Source: Octopus vulgaris (taxonomy: Eukaryota). From it: a stretch of 64,000 nt of DNA. The stretch is from contig OX597826.1 of assembly GCA_951406725.2 (NCBI GenBank), positions 62,001-126,000 on the forward strand, in the 5' to 3' direction. Made by a program: the position numbers and the translations under genes. Below, one piece after another: positions 54,637 to 64,000 of this stretch. The notes below the pieces were generated by a model, which was not told the DNA's origin, ran no database searches, and saw nothing but the letters and a program-made list of their open reading frames with translations. How positions within the stretch are numbered: position 1 is the first letter of the stretch; the number at the start of each line of letters is the position of its first letter.

Positions 54637-55244
54637 GCCTTTCTACTAAAAGCACAAGGCTTGAAATTTTGGGGGCAGGGACAAGTCGATTACAACGACC
54701 CCAGTGTTTCATTGATACTTAATTTATCAACCCCAAAAGGACGAAAGGTAAAGTCGACCTAATGAAATTTGAACTCAGAACGTAAAGATGTATGAAATGT
54801 CGCTAACCATTTTGTCCGGCGTGCCAACGATTCTGTTAGCTCGAATACTTGGTATATTTTTCAGCTAATGATCGATATTTGGTAATATGGAAGACTTCAG
54901 TGTTTCTTCTCAATAACAGTTCATTAACGATTCAACTATCGACACATGATCAAAGTCGCTTAAGCCATGACCATCCCTCACTACTCTCTCTTTCTCTCTC
55001 TCCCTCTTTAGAACTACATTATCGAATGTATTACTCTCTTTTTCAATACAGTAAGGCGTATATATTACTATGAAGGATTATTAGAAAGGCGTAGTAAAAA
55101 AAATAGTTGTGACACGCCCCCCGTGAAATAAAATCAAGAAACAAAAACAAAACATGGTAGATATTCCATATAGGAAAGTGGAAGTCTATCACATTTTGCG
55201 CAGACAAAATTAAAGCGTTTATCCCTATGTCTGATGAGCGTGAT

Positions 55245-55757
55245 AAAGTATAGTCCGCCTTTGAGTATAATACGCAGGGAATTTTTAGGGGGCTGTACTT
55301 CTGAAAAACCTAAACATTGTGTACAACACGCACCCCTTCTCTAAGTTGAGTCGTGCGTAATTAAGCCAGCAGCACCTAGTCGAACAAACACTTCCGTGCA
55401 TGCGTAATACAATAATGGTGATGTTCTTAACTGTTATATAGGAATGTAAATATGTTTTCAAATTGTTTTTGTCACATGTTATTCTGTGTTCTGAATACTT
55501 TTATTTTAATAAATATTGCTTGCTGCAAGTTATAGATGATTCTTTTATGATTTCATTGCTTTCAGGCTTAGCTTAAGGTATTTTCGAGCCGGACATCACA
55601 AAATACGTCTGAATAAACATTGCCGGACAGCAAATAGAGACTTGGACATTGCTTAGAAAATAATTTTCATTTTTAACCTCGTATATAGTATGCACTAGGG
55701 ATTTTGACCTTTAAATTTTGGGAAAAATATGCGGATTATACTCGAGGATTTACGGTA
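55245..55757. mobile_element. pogo/mariner-type MITE remnant
   Basis: Right end gcggattatactcgaggatttacgg-TA; the left end retains the partial complement agtatagtccgc...gagtataatacgca. Confidence 0.55.
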
Positions 55758-56193
55758 TGTGACGTGGCTGGCTCTTTCGAATAACAGCTTTTTATCTATC
55801 CGCAGGGTTTCAACACAGTTTTTGCCCACTTACATTCACTTAAAAAGCTTAATTCACTTACATTCAGTTAAAAAACACATAGATGCTATGCAGTGAGATC
55901 GAAGAGATCAAGATTGCGAAGCAAATCTCTTAATTTGGTCATCACTGCGTCTACATCAGTGGTTCTCAACCGGGGTCTATATAAGATCTTGTTAAAACTA
56001 GTGTGCAATAAATTTGTTGTTTCCACATAGGCGCAGGAGTTACTGTGTGGAAAGTAGCTTGCTTACCAACCACATGGTTCCGCGGTTTCAGATTCACTGC
56101 GTGGCACCTTGGGCAAGTGTCTTCTACTATAGCCTCGGGCCGACCAAAGCCTTGTGAGTGGATTAGGTAGACGGAAACTGAAAGAAGCCCGTC

Positions 56194-56247
<54 letters not shown>

Positions 56248-57208
56248 GTATGAATGTATGTATGTATGTGTGTGTGTCTGTATTTGTCTCCCCACCACCG
56301 CCTGACAACTGATGCTGGGGTGTTTATGTCCCCGTAACTTAGCGGTTCGGCAAAAGATTTCTGGGGTTAATTCGTTTGGTGCTCCAGCATGGCCGCAGTC
56401 AAATGAGTGAAATAAAAAACTACACAAAATTTTAAAGCTATTTTTAAATGCAAACCCTAATGATATTCAATTATAAAAATGTAATAAGAATTTTTAGCAT
56501 TGAATGGTTATGAGGGTCCATCCCAGTAAAATAGGAATCAAAGGGAACTCTTAATAAAAATGGTTAGGGCCAATGGTCTACATCATGGTGAACGCAAAGA
56601 ATCGGAGCTTATATTGCTCGACGCCCTAACGATGCTACCGATATACCACCACTATTAATTGTTGCTAACATAATCACAAGTCTAGGAATTTAGATGAGGA
56701 GGTCAGTCGATTACATCGACCGCAGTACTTAACTATTGCTTTATTTTATCAACCCTGAAATGACAAAAGAAAATGTAACCTCACGGGAGTTGAACTCGGA
56801 ACGTAAGAAGCCAGAAGAAATATCGCAGAGCATGTATTTCATCATGACAAAAGACCAGCAGTTATTAGGGAAGGGTGTTAGTTGATACCCTCGATCCTAA
56901 GACGGTGGGCTGGCAGATTTGCTAATACGCCGGTCCTAGCGGCATTTTTCAACCCTGAAAATATTGCCTTCAAGAGACTATCGTCACATCCATGGAGAGA
57001 CGTATCTCTAATTCGACGACCTTTACATTTATTACTCGACCTGCAAGAAATAACAGCAAAATTTAACATCTTGAATTAGGAAGTCTACCATGGGCAATGT
57101 GAATCCTGATTTACAAAACAAAAAAAGATAGACTGGTCCCAGCTGGACATCTTTGATCATAAATCTGTTCATAAACACAGACCTAGGGCTAATCAACAAC
57201 AACAGCAA

Positions 57209-57700
57209 TGTGAAGGGGCAATAGCCCAGTGGTTAGGGCAGCTGACTGGCGGTCGTAAGAACGCAGTTTCGATTCACAGACCGGGCATTGTGAGTGTTTA
57301 TTGAGCAAAAATACCTAAGCACCACGAGGATCCACCGGTGGTGGTGCGGGTGAACCCCGCTGTACTCTTTCCCAACAACTTTCTTTCACTCTTTCTTCCT
57401 ACTTCTGTCACAAAGCAGAGGAACCATGGTGTAACCCACTATGGTGTGGTAAACTTTCAGACCCTAATCTAGATTGCGAATCCTCTGTACCATAGGATGG
57501 TTCAGCTCTCCAGCCGTTAAAAGCCACCGTTTACAGAATGAGGATGACAACGTAGCTTTCGCGCCCGTGCAACCGCCAGTCTATCGTGTGTGGTGGGTGG
57601 GTCTTCAAGTTGCCACACGTATTCTTAGTAGTTTAGAGTGGGCTCGAATTAGAGATTATTGTTTGTGGCTAATGGAGTGAGTCCTGATTGAAAGAAGAAG
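57209..57700 (+). mobile_element. tRNA-derived SINE family 3, tail type B, ending in (GAA)n
   Basis: Same head as 41285; the tail matches 39820-40170. Confidence 0.8.
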
Positions 57701-59994
57701 AAGAAGACAACGGCAATAACAATACAATACAAAGCTACGTTAATTCCAAGCAGCAGACTCTACTATGCAGCTGTATGTTGTCGTATAACAGTTAACCATT
57801 CAGTTGCACTGCTTAAATTTCTCACATTAAATTTTGGACATTTATTAAATAATGTAATAAATTAATTTCTGAATAATTTATTTTATAATATAGATTGACG
57901 TTTGCTGTAATGACAGCAGGAAATTCATTTTTAGAGTCATTTAAGAACATAAAAAAACTTTTATATTTACTTTATTTATTTCTCAATAGTACAGTCTATT
58001 ATGAAGCGTCGAAAAGTTTCGTCGCACTTCTGCATCTTGGCCACTGACGCAGCGTCATTGGATTATTTTTGTTTCTTTATTTTAACTTATGGCCACAAAT
58101 TTGTCAGGAAGTGGGAATAGTTGATGGAATTAATACTAGGATCTAGGCTCACCGGCTACGTTTTTTTTTTTTGCTAACTTGCGGAGTAAGAATGGCAAAG
58201 TTGAAACCGAATAGATTTGAATATGAATGAACGAAAGTAAAATATTAGTTTCACTTAGGCCAATGACCTACTACTTGTGGTGACATTCGTAACTGTCTGT
58301 GTTGTCTGGGAAGCACTGAAAAATTCATGGTTTTCGATTATTTGGTATATGTCAACTCGTTATTTGGTTTATGTCAACTCATTGGTTATATATCCCCCAA
58401 GAGGATTTAAGCAAGCTAATGGAAGATCCGTTAAAATTGTACAGGAACTGAACGCAGTGGCTGGATCTCCGGGTGTCTTAAAATTCGGTCGGTTGTAATT
58501 TCAAAATAGGAGACAAAATGACCTAATTATACCTAGTGGTATAATTATTGAAGTGAACACTAAATACATTGCTTGTTTATATTTTAACCTATCCCACCGC
58601 AATTTGAAATATCAACATTGCAAATATTGCAATGCAACTCGCAAATATAAAATTCTGACTTTGTAACAAGATCATAGATGTGTAGGAGTTACGTGTTGTA
58701 ATGTATGCCAGTAAGTACGTAACCGTTCTCGGATAAATGAAAAAGTAAAGTCACCCCACGACAGTTTTTGAAAGCTCATATTATGTTGGACGAAACAAAA
58801 TATTTTAAAATCCTATTGAACATCGTTTAACTTTTGTCAACATCTCGCAACCCTAGGCATGTAAGTGTAACAAATAAATGTGTTCAATCCTTATTTACTG
58901 GCATTTATAGATATTGTTACACAGTACTAATACAGTAATAGAATATCGAATTAATGATGGAAGTGCCAACTGCTGGTTGCTCGACCCGCAAGAAACTGGA
59001 GTCAAGTCTCCTTCAGATATCACCCTACCGCCTTGAAAAGAACCCCACTAGATTATGTAGTCTGGAGTACCGTACGTCTGAAAAAAAAATGACGGAAATT
59101 GTCACGGCAGGAATTATTGAGTAATAGGCCTGATTAATCACCAAACCAGATGATTTCTTATATTACACTAACTTACTAACTTTATTACATCATTTTCTCT
59201 TTCCTAGTCTTTCAGGTATATTTAAAAAGGGTGATTGTCTGAAACGTCAATATTTTTTCCATTCCTCCCCAGCATATTAAAATTCATTTTGCATTCTCGT
59301 TCCTCATTCTTGCTATTTTTCTACTTCATTTTTTTTTACTCATAACTTGCCCAATTTGAACAACATTGATTTAGCGCTAACGAATGTATGATTCTGAAGT
59401 TTTGATGTCCTTCAATCCTCAACACAATACGATTAATAATATTTTGATGGTAACGTTATTGTTGTTTAACCCTAGATAACCTCTGACCGAGCTGATCTAT
59501 TATTACCTTTGCCTATCAGGTCACTTCCCCAAACAGTATAACCACGACTTTGCCCGGTCTGTGAATCGAAACCGCGTTCTTACGACCGCGAGTCCGCTGC
59601 CCTAACCACTAGGCCATTGCGCCTTCACATTGCCGTTGTTGTTGATTAGCCCTAGGTCTGTGCTTATGAACAGATTTATGATCAAAGATATTCAGCCGGG
59701 ACTATTCTGTCTTTTTTTTTGTAAATCAGGATTCACGTTGCCCATGGTAGACTTCCTTATTCAAGATGTTAAATTTTGCTGTTATTTCTTGCAGGTCGAG
59801 TAATAACTGTAAAGGACGTCAAAGAATTCCTGCCGTGACAATAAAACAGCTGAATCATTTAGTTTTTAAAATCGTAAGGTATGAAAAGAAGATTTGGTTG
59901 ATAATTATAGCAGGTCTAAGCGATCAGATAACAACTCCCTGAATGGCTCGTTGTTTCAAGGGCTTATGAAATGGGTTGTAAAAAACATTATGTT

Positions 59995-60220
59995 TCTTTA
60001 TTGCCGCAAGAGGCTAAACATAGAGGGGATGAACAAGGATAGACAAAGGGATTAAGTCGATTACAGCGACCCCAGTGCGTAACTGGTACTTAATTTATCG
60101 ACCCCGAAAGGATGAAATGCAAAGTCGACCTCGGCGGAATTTGAACTCAGAACGTAACGGCAGACGAAATACGGCTACGCATTTCGCCCGGCATGCTAAC
60201 GATTCTGCCAGCTCGCCACC
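59995..60220 (-). mobile_element. SINE family 1 copy (further decayed copies at ~5740-5930, 40830-41000, 54637-54845, 56670-56830)
   Basis: Reverse complement of the 27845 head and core. Confidence 0.8.
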
Positions 60221-60582
60221 TATGGGTTGTCAAAAACATTATCACGCTTCATTTACTGCTTTATAATATGAGCTGACCATCTAAGTTTCGAATTCAGGGT
60301 TCGACCTAAGCTTCCTCGGCGTGGCGTAAGGGTCGGTAATACTAAAATATACTGAATATGCTCGCTACAAGTTAATGAAAGAGACTTACATGTAGTTGCT
60401 CGACCATCTACAAACAGCAGCGAAATCACTCTCAAATTACACCCCCAAGGCTTTAGGCGGATTGACTTATTGGGTAATGTAGATACATTGTTGCTGAAAA
60501 TAAGTGGGAGTGATCACGGCTGGTATGCATTTGGCCATAAGTCTGCTCAAAAAGCCTGGTCTGGAGCAAAACAACAGCAACA

Positions 60583-60935
60583 GTGGAGGCGCAATGGCCC
60601 AGTGGTTAGGGCAGCGGACTCGCGGTCGGAGGATCGCGGTTTCGATTCCCATGACCGGGCGTTGTGTGTGTTTATTGAGCGAAAACACCTAAAGCTCCAC
60701 GAGGCTCCAGCAGGGGGTGGTGGCGACCACTGTTATACTCTTTCGCCCCAACTTTCTCTCGCTCTTTCTTCCTGTTTCTTGTCTCCGACTTTCTACGCAA
60801 GCCTGAGATGCGCATTCATCCATCCGTCGGTGTCGGTGGTTGACCTGCTTTCTCTTCTGCGGGTCTTACGAATAGAAAAGGACCACGTTTCAGACTTCTC
60901 CCATCTTGCAAGCTCTGGGACGAAGATCGTTCGCT
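60583..60935 (+). mobile_element. tRNA-derived SINE family 3, tail type C
   Basis: Intact head with ggtttcgattccc; the sequence after ~60775 differs from tails A and B. Confidence 0.7.
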
Positions 60936-61188
60936 CAACAGTTCGCTCAACAGCAGCATGTATTGACAATAGATTAAAGAGGAAATCAGATACATTCCTC
61001 TGCGCATTTCCTATTTTGATCCTCCTCCATTAGTTATTACTTGTGCGCTATCACCATTCCACAGACTGTAATATCGCCAAAACCTTATCATTTCTCTCAT
61101 GCTATTTAACACAAATTTCAGAACCACTTAGTCAATCTGTAGACTGATTCTAAGAGTGAGAAAAAAGATAAAAAAAGGGGTTTCATAG

Positions 61189-61225
<37 letters not shown>

Positions 61226-61540
61226 TATATATATATATATACACACACACACATTTACGTATATATATAGACAGAGAGAGAGAGAGAAAGAGAAAGAGAG
61301 AGAGTGGGGAGAGAGATGTTGGTGTTATTGCTTGGCAACCAACACCATTTACTTACCTTTCTTTCACTCTTACTGTCTTTTCTATTTTGTAGTTCTTTCT
61401 CTCACAACCCAATCTAATAAAGGCATCTAATAAGGGTAGTTTATATATATATATATATCATATTGTGTGAAATTTGATTTAGTTTTTCTAAATGGAATTT
61501 TTTTCCCTGTAAGTTAGGATTAATATTCCCTCAACTAATG

Positions 61541-61627
<87 letters not shown>

Positions 61628-61665
61628 GTAGTGAAGTGAAAGCACGCTATAAAAAATAAGACTAA

Positions 61666-61747
<82 letters not shown>

Positions 61748-61750
<3 letters not shown>

Positions 61751-62797
61751 CCCGAGGGAAGTCCCAAACTGAACAACCCGAGGGAAGTACGGCAACTATT
61801 GTTGCAAAGAAGGTGAAAATGATGGCAATGAAGAAAGCGCACGAGCAATTGGCTGATAGGTGGGAGGAGAAACCTCTGCACGGCAAATATGTGACCCGCA
61901 GCAAACAAGCTGATGTTGACCAGAAGCAAACCCATCAGTGGCTACGGAGCTCAGGGCTAAAAGCAGAGAGCGAAGGTTTCATCCTGGCTGCTCAAGATCA
62001 AAGCCTATTAACCCGGAACTACCAGGCCAATGTGATGAAAAATGGAGCAGACCCAAAATGCCGATTCTGCAACGACATGATTGAAACAGTGGACCACCTA
62101 ATCTCTGGATGTAAAGTCTTAGCACCAGTGGAGTATAAATTAAGACATGACAGAGTTGGCCAATATCTCCACTGGCTAATAAGTCGGCATTACAATATCA
62201 AAACTGCCGACAAGTGGTATAATCACCACCCTGAGGCTGTAACTGAAGGAGAAAATGTAACCATTTGTGGGACTTTCCAGTACATACAGACCGAACCATC
62301 AAGGCCAATAAACCAGATATTGTTGTGAAAGACCAAAACAATAAAGTTTGCTTATTGATCGACATGAGCATCCCCTGTGATCATAATATCTCAGCGAAAG
62401 AGTTTGACAAGCTCAGAAAATATAAAGACCTACTCATTGAAATTGAGAAAATGTGGCATCTCAAGGCGGTTACAATACCAGTGATCGTAGGAGCACTAGG
62501 AATGATCAAGAAGGGAACCGAAAATTATATGAGAATGATCCCTGGCTTACTATCCCTGCAAGAAGTGGAAAAGATTGTCTTAACTGGTACATCACACGTA
62601 TTGAGAAGAGCATTGTCGATGTGAGAACTGTTGCTGCTCATGTATTTTAATTTAACTTTAAAAAAAAAAAAAAAAATGAACGAACTACTGAGTTTGGTTT
62701 AATGGCCTACCAATGTATGCTATGAGTTTCTTTGCCCCAGGGAGTCGGGAAGACACTCGGCAAGAAATGGAAGCAAATTTGAAAGAAGAAAAAAAAG
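61748..62797 (+). mobile_element. 5'-truncated R4/Dong family B copy in (TAA)n
   Basis: Near-identical to 24085-25087, with CCHC and RLE motifs, a 1-nt frameshift near 62265 and (TAA)n on both sides. Confidence 0.93.
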
Positions 62798-62814
62798 TAA
62801 TAATAATAATAATA

Positions 62815-62883
<69 letters not shown>

Positions 62884-63327
62884 ATATATATATATTTATA
62901 TATATGTGTGTGTGTGTGTGTGTGTATCACACGGAAGTATGTTTTCGTCTTTTCTCCACTCTTTCACAAAGGCCAAGTAGGTTTGACATGTCAGATTCTG
63001 CTCTTCTCGTGGTAAACGTGCATATCGAAATCCCTCTCATATCGAACTCTCCTGTTTGACTAATTGTTATTGACTTGTAGAACCACCAGTTTTATTGGCT
63101 TCCAAACCCGATCTTGTCTATGATTGTATGAAATATTATGTGAATTTACACGTGGACGACACATTACTAAGGCGAGGAATTTGGGATAATCATTAATGAG
63201 TCAAATAAAATGCTGTGCCCTTTACAGTATTTGATTCAGTTTTCAGCAAATCACGCTAAGACTGATTTTACCTTTCATTCATTCGGAGACGCTAAAATAA
63301 AACACTAGTCTAATGTTTTCAGTGCTC

Positions 63328-63395
<68 letters not shown>

Positions 63396-64000
63396 TCTCT
63401 CAGTCTATCGGAATCGACTATTTTAAAGAAAGACAAGAAAGGAGCATTTGTATCGAGGTTCTACGAATCCTTTCATCATGGCTGTGTGAACTTGATAAGA
63501 AAAAAAGAAAAGAAAAGAGAACAGTCATACCGTTCCTACTGCTACTACTTCTACTGCCGGCGTGCACATACACACATTAAACTAAGAGCCAAAACAGCAA
63601 CGCTACAAGCAACAAACAAACGTGCATGATACAGATATGGATATCGAGAGAAAGAGATTGCAAAGACATCATCCTGCTTACCTCCAGCCAGGAGTCTGAT
63701 CTTTCGGCATTGGCCAAGCATCACTGCGTTTGTGAAACCACCACTTCATGACCAGCTGATTGGATAAGGTGCGCTGGACGATAAGCTCGAGGCAAAATTT
63801 TGGGTTGATGTGGTAGGACGTACATGATGCTGGTAGGCGCCGTTTGTTGACCACTCTTTACGGAGGCAGAAAACCAGACAGTTTGAGCCAACTACTAGTT
63901 TGGACTGAGTGTTTGTGTATATTTTTTTTATGCAATAGGATGGATATCGCCAAAGTAAACAAAAAAAGAAACATAATTCAAATCCTACATTTTAAAAAAA

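Noticed and set aside
55231-55260. CTGATGA as a hammerhead core
   Set aside because: No downstream GAAA or stem III; the sequence runs into a MITE.
57995-58065. Possible decayed minus-strand hammerhead (...gcgacGAAActtttcg)
   Set aside because: The CUGANGA box and stem I are not recoverable; too degenerate to call.
60583-60655. tRNA gene
   Set aside because: A/B-box-like head continues into a SINE body, has no complete cloverleaf and occurs in multiple diverged copies.
63640-63900. Exon of the minus-strand gene ending at a phase-2 GTAAGC donor (~63689)
   Set aside because: The donor is plausible, but no acceptor or signal-peptide-like ORF was seen; kept only as a candidate.

Overview
AT-rich, microsatellite-dense eukaryotic DNA. 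The repeat content resembles a coleoid cephalopod such as Octopus, which is my inference and not a database result. Almost all of the window is decayed mobile DNA: a Gypsy integrase end, RTE LINEs, R4/Dong RLE retrotransposons in (TAA)n, a Penelope-like element (RT + GIY-YIG), Tc1, DD37D and pogo DNA transposons, MITEs and three tRNA-derived SINE families. Nearly all short ORFs in the track are microsatellite artefacts. Two phase-compatible minus-strand exons (49752-49637 and 26220-26129) suggest a small Cys-containing, possibly GPI-anchored host protein. The main unexplained signal is RNA structure, with about 14 hammerhead ribozyme (HHR) motifs. (i) A 3x ~845-bp tandem repeat carries in each unit all three HHR strands in an order that is not a circular permutation. 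(ii) Three non-coding fold-back elements sit in (TA)n, built from inverted HHR-bearing terminal repeats plus an unpaired 3' tail. (iii) One of these anchors a ~6.6-kb nested palindrome. All calls are by eye; no folding, alignment or database search was run.
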